NCBI GenBank assembly: GCA_026023565.1
Contig: JAPETS010000004.1
Span: 186,001-250,000, forward strand
Length of the DNA stretch: 64,000 bases
Direction of reading: 5' to 3'
Origin: Cirrosporium novae-zelandiae
Lineage: Eukaryota
Every line of letters begins with the position of its first letter. Position 1 is the stretch's first letter. The position numbers were made by a program, and so were the translations under genes. The notes beneath the pieces are model-generated. The model ran no database searches. It was not told the origin of the DNA and saw nothing but the letters and a program-made list of their open reading frames with translations. Positions 26,857 through 39,889 of this stretch are shown here, piece by piece.

Positions 26857-29226
26857 TCAGATATCACAATATCCAGGCGATTTGACTTCGTTTCCAGCCG
26901 CCCAATTCATCATTGTCAGGGTGGTGGTATACACCATCCCCACAAGACCGAAAATGCCAAGACCTACATCCAACGCCTTCGCAAACGTAGTCCGCGCCAC
27001 CTTCTTGTAGTGAAGCATAGGCTGCGGGGTGCAAGTCAGAGTCGGTCAACAGAGTAGAGATGTGAGGGGAGGAAAACCTACTGGGTAAATGTAAACAAGG
27101 GGAATACAGGCAAAGCTACCAACGATAGACACAAATTTGTCCAGGTCCCCGGCTCCGCCCCATGCTATTAGGGCACAGAGTATAACGAAGATGAATCGGA
27201 AGACATTTTTCTTCCATTTGACGCGCATGCTATTCTTTCCGCTTCTGGTGTGGAAGATCTCTCTTTCCATAATAGTAATGGCAGGGAAAAGCTGCAATGG
27301 TGTTGAAAGCATAATTGCCAATGAGTACATGAGCTGGACGCCATTAACAACTTTATTATCTTGGGGTAGGTTTGATAATATAACAGTTTTGGTACTTGAG
27401 CCAAATGCTGCATAGCCCAACCACCCCAAACTAACAAAAAGACAAGTAATTATGACCATAACACCAGCAAGAACTTTGGGAAACTTTTTAGGCTCTTTCA
27501 TTGACTCCTGAATTGGAATAATCAGTCCAATGCCTTCAAAGGTAAAGATTGCCGTGCCAATAAAAGAGGTCCAGGTCCTTGAGTTAAAATTAACGATGTC
27601 GGCTTGACCAAAACGAACGAGAGTAGCGATATCATAGTAGTAAAGGTAAAAGAGACCAAGGAAAATAAAGGCATCAGCAATGTATGCAGTAAAGCTGAGT
27701 TTGTGAATTTTCCTGAAGAGGGACATTGGAAGAAATATAAGTAATTGTCCCAGCACCAACCATTTCACATCGACATAGACCCTGCAACGCGAAATAGCTA
27801 GTATAAATGCTTGTAGGTTCTCCGACGTAAAAACGATGTAGGCGGCAACAAATCCGATCTGGCTAAGAACCAATGAAGCTTGGATCAGTCTATACATATG
27901 TTTCCCGTAGAGCTCGAGACCGATATGACCGAACGATCCTGGAACTCGAAGGCTAGTCGTTACGAGAAGAATAAAACAGAAGTAGCTTAGCGCTGATACC
28001 CCGAGCAAGACAACATTACTAAAAACCATACCGCCATTGAGGTATGCTCGTGGCAAAAAGAGGACACCAGTCCCAACAAAGGATTTGAGAAGAAGCAAGG
28101 CGGCATTACTAGGGCTCCCCTTGCCAACCACGCGCTTCTCCCCGGCGGGCTTTCGTCTCCTTTTAGTCGGAGTTGCCATTAAAGCAGTCTCCTCAGTAGG
28201 CTCTTCTCCCTCGCTCGTTATATCTGCTTGGAGCAAAGAATCCTCAGGCGTGAGACCTTCGTCCTCTTCTTCCAAGTCTTCACCAGCGAAATGACCATAC
28301 AGTGATAGAAATTCGAGGAAGTTTCTAGTCGAAGGTTGGGGGCCTTCATGAACGTAACCCATTTCAGCACTGTCGAGAGTAGCATTTAACTGCCGATTAT
28401 CGGGTGCAGGACTTCCTGCTGATCGATGAACGAAGTCCCTTCTGAAACCACCTGGTGCCTTTATGTAATTGATGTCCATAATCTCCTCTTCTGGCTCAGG
28501 ATTTTCTTCATGCATACTTTTACTTCTTTGCAATCGCCCACCACGAGATTGGGCTGTGGCCCTTTCAGCCCATCTATATATTCCTCTAGTTGTATCGCCT
28601 CCTTGTAACTGTAAACTCGAAAATTCCTCCTCGTCAGAATCAGCAGCTGAATCATTTCTGTTGTTCCCATTATTCCCGGCTGAGCCCGACGAGGTCCCGA
28701 TCGTTGGACGAACGCCTTTCGTAAATTCGGAGGGAGGGGAGTCATGGTCAGAGTGAGAGTGACCTGGCGACAACGGCTGGACAAGATGTCTTTTCACGAT
28801 ATCAGGGTTGACCACGGTAGGACTGGATCGTCGAATTTCTTGAAAGCCAGACTGTCTGCTTAGGGAACCGTAATTGCTTCGATTTCGACTCGGCGCGAGA
28901 GATGAAGGCGATGGGGGTCGTCGAGCAGGAGTACCATGTTGGGGAGGAGTTTGACCAAAGGTTGTGCGTAAAGCTGCAGCGAGAGCTGATGAACCAGGCC
29001 CACCAAACGAGGCGCTGTTTCCGCCAGCTGGAAGAGGTTCTTGGCTGTTTTCGACAGTGTAGGCGGCGGAGGCCTGTCTCGTGTTGATAGGGGATCGGGT
29101 AGACGGGACTGGAGATCCTAATCGTGCAGTGGACGCGGCCCTCGATATCGAGCCTGATCTTTCATGAGAGTTTAATGCTGCTGAAGCCTGCATTGGCCTC
29201 GACCTTGATGGCGAGCCAGAATTCAT
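26857..29226 (-). CDS. Vacuolar amino acid transporter (Avt3/Avt4 family)
   Basis: LQLQGGD.TR.IYRW, PGGFRR, FLEFLSLYGHFAGEDL, LLLLKSFVGTGVLFLP, GTAIFTFEGIGLIIPIQESM; one 3' intron. Confidence 0.93.
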
Positions 29227-31172
29227 GATCGGTTCAGAGATTCGAAACGGTGGCTGGGTAGGTACTGTAGATATTGAAGGCCGAAAGGTTTCGACTTGGA
29301 ACCAGTTTATGTAATACAAAGGACCGATATGTTCAAGGACAGAATGAATATAGGTCTATCTCCGACGGTTGAAAGGCAAGTCAGGAGGAAAGTTTGCAGA
29401 AATCAGCAGGCCCAGAAGACGGCAGGACGGGTTTGAAAGAAACGGAGATCAAAGTTGCGAGATTCAAGGTTACGAGCGAGCAACCTATGGCGTGGGGAAA
29501 GAGATGTTCGGTCAAAGAACGAACCACACAACCACATTGCAAATTTCCTCGTGACGGTTTATTAACCAGTAATAAATATTAATTGTTACTGACTCTATAT
29601 AGGTACAAGTACATCAAGCTATAATTTATATCTATAAAATAATTGCGAGTAGCTTATTAAATTGTTCCTGCAGTTTCATTCAGTTGGAACAGGGTAAACC
29701 CGATGGGAAAGGAAAGTTAATTATTTGCTATGACTTTTGGCCCTATGACGCTTTTAACTTTTGTCCTTTCGTTTGTCCATGGCACGAGACACAAAAACAT
29801 CTACCTTAAGATATACAAGAGATAAGTCTAATCGTCTTGATTTGTTTTCTATTACACATCTAATTATCTACAAATGCAACACCCTATCTTAGTATAATAC
29901 TTAAAAGATTCAGCGAATTATATAGTAAATACTATTTGATTTGGAAGTGTTAGAAGGCAAGCCAAAGGGACATGGGATATATAACCTGGCTGCGCTGTAA
30001 CAGAAAGATATAGAGTATGAAATTAGGAGAACACCAGGGTGATACATCCAACACCAGTCTTAAAATATATATTGCTATTTCCTTTTTTACAAAGTCACGG
30101 CCAGACTAGTGTCATCTCGTTAGAAATAGACATGTTTAGGGAAATTATCACATGCCTTATAGACTACGCCATTAACTAGGATACAACAACAACACTTAGG
30201 CGCGTATAACTGTACTGTACTGTACAATACTCAGTGGTGTTAACCAATTCATCAGCGAATTTTAGACTACACCACTCACAACACAGTCGACTTTTTACCA
30301 CCCCGATCACTCAATCAGTGTTTCAAAGACACAACTGCTTCTTCCAACAAAACTACGGCGAATGTCCCAGAAGACGCACATAAACTGGTATCTTCAAAAT
30401 GGATCAAGATTTCCATCACTCTATCATAACAAGTCACTATCACTTTTGATCACAACTATTAACATGTGCGAGAGAGAAGGCCAGGCAGAATCCGTGGTGG
30501 AATCGGCGAGTATGCTCAGAATGCACCATTAAAAAGCCAACAACTAACTCCAGCTGAAGAAACAAGGAGCCAGAGATAGAGATAGAGACAGCGGAGGCCA
30601 GGATTGACTTCCTTAGGAAGATTGTTTAGGAGGAAAAGGAACTTCAACGACCAAAAAGAGAGATGAAATAAGAAGAAGAAGAAGTAGCAGAAGAAGGAGA
30701 AGAAAAAGAAAAAGAAGGAGCGTAACAGGATACGAAGCATGTGAAGCTTGCCGTCAGCCAAGACCATCGGCCCGATTTTGCTACCGCCAACATGGCAAGC
30801 ATTATCCATGTGGCGATCGGCCGGATCTGCACTTTATCATCACCGTGGGGCTAATGCTGGACCTCATGTACTGATGTATCCTTGGTATGAAGTCGACAAG
30901 TAAAGACATTCCTTCACTGCTGAACAGTCAACTTTCTCTTCTCACTTACTCGCTGCCATTTTATTTCTCCTCTCCGTCCTTTCCCTACAACTCCCCATGA
31001 TATTGTCTTGCAACTTTCGAAGAATACCTTATAATCAACAATTGACGACCTTGAAAGTTAGGAGTGATACACTAATGAATGCCAAACCTTCATTCCTTCT
31101 GCATAAAATACCTCTTCAATGGAACAAAGAACAATTCAATACAAGGTCAAACTTATCTAAAACATCAACACC

Positions 31173-34100
31173 ATGGCAGAATCGTCGAATAGTGCCCCGA
31201 AGAGGCGCCTTCCTCAAAGAACGAGATCCAATTTCTTAACCAAAACTGCTCAAGATGCAGCCCGTGAGCTGGATCGACGATTCTCTTTGATGCCTTCAAA
31301 TTCTGATATTGAAGGGCTTGGCGATATAGAACCACAGCAACAAAGCTCAGGAAAAAGCGATAATCCTTACGAGCCGCGGTCAGATGGAGACGAACTATCA
31401 ACTACTCGCCTAGAGCCATACCGAGATGACGAGAGACAACATTCTTCGAACAATCAACGAAAAGGTGGATATAACTTCCTAGGAGACTCATCTTTGACAG
31501 CTCAAATGCACAACTACTCAAATGGCAAATCTCATGAACACAAACACAAACCTCGAGCGGGCCCTCGACCAGTCGGTGGCTCTGACAAGCTTGGGACATT
31601 CTCTGGAGTCTTTGTACCAACAAGTCTAAATGTCCTCAGTATATTGATGTTCTTGAGGTTTGGTTTTATTCTTGGACAAAGTGGAGTGTTGGGCATAATG
31701 GGAATGTTGATTGTTTCATATCTAATAAACTTGGTCACAACACTTTCGATCTCTGCAATCGCTACAAATGGAACTGTTCGTGGAGGCGGAGCATATTACC
31801 TGATTTCAAGATCACTAGGACCTGAGTTTGGGGGATCAATAGGGATTGTCTTCTATTTGGGCTTTGTGTTCAACACAGGGATGAATGCTGTTGGTTTGAT
31901 TGATTGCTTCAAGCAGAATTTTGGCGTCCATTCTGGAGATTGGGCAAACTGGCTTCCTGAAGGATTTTGGTGGGAATATCTTTTTGCTACAATCGTGCTA
32001 TTTATTTGCACTGCAATTTGCTTAGCAGGGAGCGGGATTTTCGCGAGATGTAGCAATGGATTGCTCGCAATCTTACTCGTTGCAACGTTTAGCATTCCTC
32101 TCTCGACATTCATCAAAAGTCCATTTGAAAATCGAAAGATGGGACTTGAATATACAGGACTAAGTGCTCAAACCTTCAAAGAGAACCTTCTACCTAGATT
32201 TACAAAAGGGGCCGCCGGAAGTCAACTAAAAGGGAAGGAAACCTATCAAGATCTATTTGGAATCTTATTTCCTGCAACTGGTGGCATTTTTGCTGGAGCT
32301 AGCATGTCGGGGGATCTAAAAAACCCAAGCAAGTCCATTCCTAAAGGTACCCTTGCTGGACTTGGCTTGACCTTTGTTGCTTATACGTTGGTCATACTGG
32401 CGATGGCAGCTACTATTACTCGTCCATCGTTTTATCGCGATCTCAATGTCATCCAAGATACAAACATTTCCGGTATCCTCGTTCTCGCCGGCGAACTGGC
32501 TAGTACATTCTTTTCATCCCTTATGGGCGTCATCGGATCAGCCAAACTCTTGCAGGCACTTGCTCGTGACGATCTCCTACCTGGATTTTCTATCTTTGGT
32601 CAAGGCACGAAGGAGAATGATGAACCAACTTACGCTATAATAATCACCCACGTTGTTGCTCAATTAACAATGCTTGCTGGTATCAATCAGATTGCCTCAT
32701 TTGTCACCATGACATACCTCATGACTTTCCTCGTGACAAATTTAGCTTGTTTCTTATTAAAAATAAGTTCCGCCCCCAATTTTAGGCCATCGTTCCATTA
32801 CTTCAACTGGTATACCGCTGCTGCAGGGACATTAATAAGTGGTGCTAGCATGTTTTTCGTTGACGGATTATATGCCTCTGGTTGTGTTGGCATCCTAGTT
32901 ATCATCTTCCTAATAATACATTATACGACTCCTCCAAAATCGTGGGGGGATGTCAGCCAAAGTCTGATATATCACCAAGTTCGCAAATACCTCCTTCGGC
33001 TTCGGCAAGAACATGTCAAATTCTGGAGACCGCAGATTCTCCTGTTCATCAATGATCCCAGACGCCAGTACAAGCTCATTCAGTTCTGCAACTCACTAAA
33101 AAAGGGAGCATTATTCATATTAGGTCATGTCATCGTAACACCCGATTTTGGACCCGCAGTTCCCGAGGCTCGCCGTCAGCAGGCTGCATGGACAAAGTAT
33201 ATTGATTTTTCAAAGATTAAAGCATTTGTGAACATTGCTGTTTCCCCTGCTGTAGAATGGGGCACACGAAATATTGTTTTAAGTGCTGGTCTAGGTGGGA
33301 TGCGACCAAATATTGTCGTCATGGGCTTCTACAATCTCGATCAACTGCGGGAAGATCAACCACTTATAGATGTTCCTCCTCCACAGCGATCTCAACCATC
33401 ACTTGAAACAACTGATGGTTCAAAATTTGAACATACACGTCCGAGAAGCTTAAGAAAGAGCAGCTCGCAAGCCAAAATGGAGGGACTATTGCCAACGGAC
33501 ATTTGCAGAGTAGAGGGAGCCGTCAAGGTTACCAGTTATCTAACTATTCTTGAAGACCTTCTATTGCGGTTACAAATTAACGTTGCAGTAGCAAAAGGCT
33601 TTCAAGGACTCGAACTACCCGATCCACATGGGGACAAGAACGCAAAGAAATTCATTGATTTGTGGCCGATTCAAATGTCTGCAGAGATAGCTTCTGAAGG
33701 AGGAGAAAAGAAGCAGAACGTCCTTACGACAAATTTTGATACCTATACACTGATTTTGCAGCTTGGCTGCATATTGCACACCGTTCCTAGATGGAGAAAG
33801 AGCTACAAACTCCGAGTGGCTGTATTCGTTGAATATGAGTCTGATGTTGAAGAAGAAAAGAGTCGTGTTAAGACACTACTCGAAAATCTTCGGATGGAAG
33901 CTGAAGTACTTGTCTTCTGGCTTGCCTCGGGGGAGCTAAAAACATATGAAATTATCGTCAACGGTGACGAACAACACGGAGAGGCAGAAGCTACGGTCAA
34001 TGATTGCCTAAAAGAAGAGGAGTGGTGGCAAGACATCCGGAAATTACGGGGAAAGCATGGTAATATCAGTGCGATGGAAGAGTTGGCCGAAGTTGAGGGT

Positions 34101-35168
34101 CTGCTCAGCAATGCACCATCATGGCCAAACACGTCATTCCAGCACGGTCGAAAAAAAGAGAAGGTGGAAAGGTTTGAGGGACTAAAGAAGTTCCTTCGCA
34201 GATCAAAAAGGCGGAGCACTATCAGTGGTGTTACCAACATGGGCGTGAGCATGGGCATGCGGACGCATAGACTAGAGGATGAATTGATCAAACGTCACCA
34301 GAGCTATGCTAGCGCTAGTGAAGACTCAGATTATGAAAGCGAATATGATACTGCCATTCTTGATAGTGATGATGAGCAATCCAATCAAGAAAGTTTTGGA
34401 AGTGAAAGCGAACCTGACAACCTTGAAGCCGAAAACGATGACGAACAAAGAGTTACACCCACATCCTCAAAATTATCAAGACGACGAAGTCACGGAGATT
34501 CGGTCGGAGCGCGAAGCCGTACTCACAAATCTTCTTTGCGACATGCCGCGCATAAAATATCCGCTGCAACAAAGAACGCTCCAGACATGAAGGTCACTGA
34601 AGCTTCTTCGTCATCTGGCGTCGATCTGTCTCCGATGAATCGAGCATCTAGATCCGGCAGTGCTTCACAATCTTATAAATACTCCGACTCTGACCGTTCT
34701 GGACGAACCTCGGGAAAAAGCTCTCGCCACTCTTCCATCGGCGCGTTTACATCCCACCCTGTTCCCCAAACCAAAGTAAACTCAGAAGAAGGCCCCGGTC
34801 CCTCAATTATGTTTACGGAGTCTCTTCCACTACCATCTGAACGTCAGGAACGTGAATCTCAATCTATATATGACCGTATACGAAATCGCCATCAACCAGC
34901 CGCCGGCTTCCCAGCCCAGCAATCCATCCCTCTCAGTTTCAACGATCTGCCATGCCGTGCTCAGCACGTCATACTCAACGAGCTTATCCAACAACAAAGC
35001 GAGGATACTGCTGTCGTGTTCACGACATTACCGGCGCCTATCGAAGGGACGTGCGAGAATGAGGACGATAGCCTTAGGTATCTGAGTGACTTGGAGGTTC
35101 TGTGCCATGCGTTGCCCCCTACCTTGTTGGTACATAGTAACAGCATGACGGTGACGATGAATTTGTAA
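31173..35168 (+). CDS. VHC1: SLC12 cation-chloride cotransporter
   Basis: Intronless 1331 aa; [71 protein letters not shown], ends TVTMNL. Confidence 0.95.
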   Translation: MAESSNSAPKRRLPQRTRSNFLTKTAQDAARELDRRFSLMPSNSDIEGLGDIEPQQQSSGKSDNPYEPRSDGDELSTTRLEPYRDDERQHSSNNQRKGGYNFLGDSSLTAQMHNYSNGKSHEHKHKPRAGPRPVGGSDKLGTFSGVFVPTSLNVLSILMFLRFGFILGQSGVLGIMGMLIVSYLINLVTTLSISAIATNGTVRGGGAYYLISRSLGPEFGGSIGIVFYLGFVFNTGMNAVGLIDCFKQNFGVHSGDWANWLPEGFWWEYLFATIVLFICTAICLAGSGIFARCSNGLLAILLVATFSIPLSTFIKSPFENRKMGLEYTGLSAQTFKENLLPRFTKGAAGSQLKGKETYQDLFGILFPATGGIFAGASMSGDLKNPSKSIPKGTLAGLGLTFVAYTLVILAMAATITRPSFYRDLNVIQDTNISGILVLAGELASTFFSSLMGVIGSAKLLQALARDDLLPGFSIFGQGTKENDEPTYAIIITHVVAQLTMLAGINQIASFVTMTYLMTFLVTNLACFLLKISSAPNFRPSFHYFNWYTAAAGTLISGASMFFVDGLYASGCVGILVIIFLIIHYTTPPKSWGDVSQSLIYHQVRKYLLRLRQEHVKFWRPQILLFINDPRRQYKLIQFCNSLKKGALFILGHVIVTPDFGPAVPEARRQQAAWTKYIDFSKIKAFVNIAVSPAVEWGTRNIVLSAGLGGMRPNIVVMGFYNLDQLREDQPLIDVPPPQRSQPSLETTDGSKFEHTRPRSLRKSSSQAKMEGLLPTDICRVEGAVKVTSYLTILEDLLLRLQINVAVAKGFQGLELPDPHGDKNAKKFIDLWPIQMSAEIASEGGEKKQNVLTTNFDTYTLILQLGCILHTVPRWRKSYKLRVAVFVEYESDVEEEKSRVKTLLENLRMEAEVLVFWLASGELKTYEIIVNGDEQHGEAEATVNDCLKEEEWWQDIRKLRGKHGNISAMEELAEVEGLLSNAPSWPNTSFQHGRKKEKVERFEGLKKFLRRSKRRSTISGVTNMGVSMGMRTHRLEDELIKRHQSYASASEDSDYESEYDTAILDSDDEQSNQESFGSESEPDNLEAENDDEQRVTPTSSKLSRRRSHGDSVGARSRTHKSSLRHAAHKISAATKNAPDMKVTEASSSSGVDLSPMNRASRSGSASQSYKYSDSDRSGRTSGKSSRHSSIGAFTSHPVPQTKVNSEEGPGPSIMFTESLPLPSERQERESQSIYDRIRNRHQPAAGFPAQQSIPLSFNDLPCRAQHVILNELIQQQSEDTAVVFTTLPAPIEGTCENEDDSLRYLSDLEVLCHALPPTLLVHSNSMTVTMNL

Positions 35169-35993
35169 ATATTGGTAAAGATTTCTTGGATATGCATATT
35201 TCTTTTTTCCTAGGCTAGATTATGAATAAGAATAAGGAAGAAGGTACATAAGAAATGACTTGAAAATATATAGCTATAATTTACATTGCGCTTGTCTTCT
35301 AGTTAGTTCGTACCATTTTGCTCTTCCGCTAGATACCTATTTATCACTTCCCCTAAGACTCTCCTTCCCTTCCTGAAGAACCAGCTCCCCGCCCTCGATA
35401 TATAATTCCAACATTTACAAAACTTTCCCATGCATATATGCCTTCCTTTCTATTTTTATCTTTATCAGGACCACAACTTCATCACCCCATATCATCCAGT
35501 CAGTCTAACTCCAGCTTCGAAACTATTAGCAAATAGAACCTAAGAATAAACATTAGTAGCTGGTACATTATTTTCAAATACTACTTACTTTATAATGACT
35601 CCCCCCCAAGTGTTTGCCTTGCTTTGACCCTCCTAAGTTAATATTTAGTCACTTTCCTTTATTATATATATATTCTCTTTAAGTTTGTCGATACTACTCG
35701 GCCCCTATATGTTAAAAAGTTCAAGAGATATATATGTATGGTAATTAATTAACTCGTATTAACTAGATAGACTACTATAACTAGCCCTAACTACCCTAAT
35801 TAGTCTAAGTACAAACCCCAATTAATTAATCTTCGCTTCCTGGCCCCGTCTAACCAATTAGACCCCCCACGTGCCTGTCACACACAGAATTCCAGAAAGA
35901 AAAAAATCAAGCCACCACTCTACTTACCGTCCGTCAGCAAACTCCACTCACCGTTCATAGAATTCTGGAACTAGCTCTTTTTTCAACAAACAA

Positions 35994-36067
35994 GGTCGGA
36001 TGGTGTAGTTGGTTATCACATCTGTCTAACACACAGAAGGTCCTGAGATCGAGCCTCAGTCCGATCA
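35994..36067 (+). tRNA. tRNA-Val (anticodon AAC)
   Basis: Cloverleaf: acceptor GGTCGGA/TCCGATC, anticodon arm TCTGT-CTAACAC-ACAGA, T arm CTGAG-ATCGAGC-CTCAG; oligo-T Pol III terminator follows. Confidence 0.95.
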
Positions 36068-36522
36068 CGTCTTGTTTTTTTTTGATAATTTTTTTTTTAG
36101 TTGGTGGGTAGGCTAGGGATTGATTTTGTTCTTGGTCAGGTTTTTTTATATTTGTATGTATGGTTTGGGGCTTTTTTATATATATATATTATGAATTCTT
36201 TGGTGGTCTAATGGCGTTAATGGCTTTCAAGCGCCTTTCGTTTGGTCTTGAAGGAAAGGTATTATTTGATTGTTGAGGTGTATCTTCCAATTCAATTAGA
36301 CTACGTGTTTAGTTTGATGATTTGATGAGTTGGTTGGTTTCTGATAGCTCTGTTCAAGTCAGGTCAACCCGACTTCCCTAAGTGAAGCATAATTGCTTGA
36401 ATCTTATTATCAATTAAGGGTTTCATTATTTCTTGGTTGGTTTCTCTCTTCCTATTCACTTATCTAGTAAATTTTTTTTTAAAAACCATCACAAGTTCAC
36501 TTTTAACCCCTTTTCAATATCT

Positions 36523-37578
36523 TTATTCCAAAACCCTCCTCAAAATCTTCCTGCTTGCGCTCTTTGGAATTGCGTCTCGGAAATGCACCCTACCCTCCAA
36601 CCGCTTATGCTGTGCCACCTTCTCGTGCAGTCATCGCATGATCTCCTCGGCCGTCCTCTTCTGCCCTGTAACTCCCTTGGCGGGTACCACGCATGCCCTT
36701 AGAAATTCGCTTGTATGCTCCTCGCTGGGTATGCCGATGACTGCTATATCGTTGACGTGCGGGTGCGCCACGAGTAGATTTTCAAACTCTACGAAGGCGA
36801 CTTGAAACCTTTTGTATAGGTACTTGATGAGCTCCTTAACGTGGTCTGTAATGTGAAAATTGCCGTGTTGACCTTGCTATCCGACGTCTCCGATTTTAAA
36901 GAACCTGTTAGATGCCAAGGAATTCGCCATGCCTTGGGGGTTGCTCAGACAGCCCTAGAAGATATTGGGACCTTTAACTTAGAGTTCGTCTAGCTGGCTG
37001 ATGGGCACTTCTTCCTCGGACAACGACATTTATTTCGCTGTTAGATTCGAGAGAGGCTTCCCCACAGATCCAACATACTTCCACCAACCCCTTCATAGTT
37101 GTGTGTGCGTTGTAGGACTGTTCTCGTTTAGTCTCTATGCCTGTTTAAGGGGAATTCTTAGGCGGGCGTAGTCAGCATCAATGAGTTCCTTCTCCTCGCT
37201 TATTCTAGCTTGTACAGCGGCTGCCTTTGCTTTCTCTAGAAATTCCATCTGTGTGATTAGCACTTTGACACTCGAATCTTTCAATTGAAATACTAGCTTA
37301 TTAGCTGTGTATGCCGGATTCGCAGTAGTGACTATTCCGCTCGCTCAGCGTGTACTGCATGTGACGGGAGGTGTGTCGATAGAGTTAAGGGTAAATAATG
37401 AAAGGACATCGCCTCTGTGCTAATCATAGATGGATTTAGGCCTTTACCGAACTCTGTCGTGGTACGGATTCGGGGGTAGGTGTAGGAGCGACGGGTATCT
37501 GCATTGATAAAGCCTCCAAGAAGGAGAAGGTTAGCTGAGTCAAGGTATAAATTATTGAGATGGAGGAGTATTCACCAT
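36523..37578 (-). pseudogene. Decayed 4-coumarate/phenylacetyl-CoA ligase-like (AMP-binding) gene
   Basis: Minus-strand fragments DTRRSYTY, TANPAYTANKL.FQLKDS, IGDVG*Q..GNFHITDHVKELIKY, FQVA..E.ENLL..HPHVND.AVIG, HKRLEG.V.F.DAIPKSAS.KILRRVL; stops, frameshifts, too short for the family. Confidence 0.85.
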
Positions 37579-37787
37579 GGTAGTTAGGGTAGAGACAGTC
37601 TTTAATTATGAAGTGTACAAAATATCAAAAAGAGATCCTTAGCATACCCATGTTACCCCGTTCTTAGCAATCCCCTCACTCGAGAATCGTAATCAGAGAT
37701 AGTCTAATTAATATAATAAAAAAAATAGCCTTTTTGTATTTACAATACACAGTACACGGTACAACTATCAGATAACTACCTAGGTAG

Positions 37788-38016
37788 CCACGCGGGTCCT
37801 AAAATAAACGGGACTCACAAATTCCTTTTTTTAACTATTATTTTTCCTGGGGGGCCTTCAAATTGAATTGTTATTGAAATTAAAAATTGATTTTGTTTGA
37901 AGGCCTCCTAGGATCGTTTTTCTGATTTTTTTTGGGTGGGCGTAGTGTTGGGTAGGCACGTAGGCTGGCTCGAGGGAAGGAATTTATGAGTCTTCTTTAT
38001 TTTGTGACCCGCGTGG
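37788..38016. mobile_element. MITE-like non-autonomous DNA element (about 229 bp)
   Basis: Imperfect TIRs of about 41 bp: CCACGCGGGTCCTAAAATAAACGGGACTCACAAATTCCTT vs reverse complement of the right end CCACGCGGGTCACAAAATAAAGAAGACTCATAAATTCCTT; TAG on both flanks. Confidence 0.8.
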
Positions 38017-38065
38017 TAGCTAACAGTTATCTATCTACTACAGCATCATCCTGTGTCATTATCAT

Positions 38066-39274
38066 CTATTTCTGACTATCAATCATATTTTCTTGCAACC
38101 ATTCAAACACCAGCTGATTCATCCTTACGGCAGCTCCAGCATGACAATGATTTGCCGCTCCATCCTTTGCTGTAAATACCACCAATGTCGCCCTTTCTCC
38201 TACTGCGTCCGCCACTTTCTGGGGTTGCCCCTTAAAGAACTGGTCCTCAGCAGCATCTCCGACCCATACAGGACACTGTATCTTGTCCACGATGCCATCT
38301 AACGTCATCATTTTGGCCTTTTCAAGGAATTCGGTGCTAGTAGCCACATTAAAGCTCCACATCCCTTGGTCCATTGCCCAACGCATCATTGTCCCCATGG
38401 CCTTTATTTTTTCAAGCATCGCTTCTTGTAGTATCTCGCCTCCAGATTCTAGAAGGGATTTTGACGCATCTGGCATTAAATTCTCCGATGCGTCGTAGAA
38501 AGAGTAGAGGCCATCAATGAGGATAACCGCTGCGATACGGTGCTCAAAGGCAGCAGCCCTAGCAGCCAAATACCCACCAAAGGAGTGGCCTAATAGTGCT
38601 ACCTGCTTCTCCTCGACTTCAGGGAAATTTGCATAATGGTCTATAATAGGCGTCACTACTTTCTCCCAATTGTAGATGAAGCCAAGGTTTTGAGACCGCC
38701 GAACACTGCATTGACCAGGACCTTCATAGGTGATGACGTTATAGCCACGCTCAAGTGCTGCGAACCCACTGGTGTGCATCATCTCCTCTTGAGAGCCATC
38801 AAACCCATTTCCTAATATTATTGTGGGTTTAGGGATCTTTGCTCCACCCTTTGCCCTGAAGAATATAGTGGGTATCTCGAACGCTTCCGTTTTGATTGTG
38901 ACCCTTTCTCCTGGTGTATCTAGTAAGGTCATGGCTCTATCAAAACATTTTGTCTGCCTATCCCAGAGTTCGTTTATTCGCGGATCATAGGGATCCCCAT
39001 GGAGGTAAAAGTCCGCTGCGCGGTAGTAACTAGAAGCCCTGAACAACGCATCTCGAACAGATACAGGATATTTCTTAGCGTCGGTTGAATCGACATAGGA
39101 TTCCACTCTGTAGGCCAGAGTAGTGAAGACTGTACACCAGCTTTCAAAATTACCCGGTTCTATCTGCGAGGATGCCTCAAGCACCTCTGCGATATCAGCC
39201 CCATAGTAGCGAGCGTGAGCTAGAACACGCAAGAGCTCAAAGTGAAAGGTGCGATCGGGGTTAAGAGGAATCAT
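38066..39274 (-). CDS. Alpha/beta hydrolase (2,6-dihydropseudooxynicotine hydrolase-like), intronless
   Basis: RASSYYRAADFYLH, GNGFDGSQEE, YEGPGQ, nucleophile elbow GHSFG, HCH.GA. Confidence 0.9.
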   Translation of the reverse strand: MIPLNPDRTFHFELLRVLAHARYYGADIAEVLEASSQIEPGNFESWCTVFTTLAYRVESYVDSTDAKKYPVSVRDALFRASSYYRAADFYLHGDPYDPRINELWDRQTKCFDRAMTLLDTPGERVTIKTEAFEIPTIFFRAKGGAKIPKPTIILGNGFDGSQEEMMHTSGFAALERGYNVITYEGPGQCSVRRSQNLGFIYNWEKVVTPIIDHYANFPEVEEKQVALLGHSFGGYLAARAAAFEHRIAAVILIDGLYSFYDASENLMPDASKSLLESGGEILQEAMLEKIKAMGTMMRWAMDQGMWSFNVATSTEFLEKAKMMTLDGIVDKIQCPVWVGDAAEDQFFKGQPQKVADAVGERATLVVFTAKDGAANHCHAGAAVRMNQLVFEWLQENMIDSQK

Positions 39275-39889
39275 GGTTGTCAACTGCGGATAGGATTGGT
39301 ACTAAGTTTGATATGATCTAGAATACTGTGGCTGCCCGCTTTTGAAAAGAGATGCTGAAAACTGTAAATATAATAATACAATTTTAGTATATATATAAAT
39401 TAGGTGAGAGGGGGGATAACTACAATATTTATATTGCGATAGCCGGCCAGAAATGGCTGTTGTAGGTTAGGGGTTTAGGATGGTGTCCCCATACTTCATT
39501 AAGCAAACGTTTAGCAATTGTTATTTACGGCCGTACTATTGGAAACAAACCATCATGAGTCTCATTTGTTGATACCGACTTAATGTCTATGATTTCAATA
39601 AATAAGAGCATTAAATATTTATTCGTCCATAGTTTTAACTCAGAAGCTGAATTCTAATCCTATAGAAGGATTCGGAAACAATTGTCGCAATTCCCTAGCC
39701 TCAACTACCAGTAAAATCTACAAATCTGGTAATAATAGATTGCTAAGTTCTAACAACTTCAAAGTGTTGGGAATTTACTAATAAATTCTTACCTTGCTTT
39801 TCCCATCAGGCACCCGGCCAAGGAGATTGTGTATTTAGGGGCAAAACTGATAAAGCAACCTGACCAATGAACCCTTTCCAAACCATCAA

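Noticed and set aside
30362..30725. Glu/Lys-rich purine stretch with interrupted frames
   Set aside because: Low complexity with stops in every frame; no assignable product
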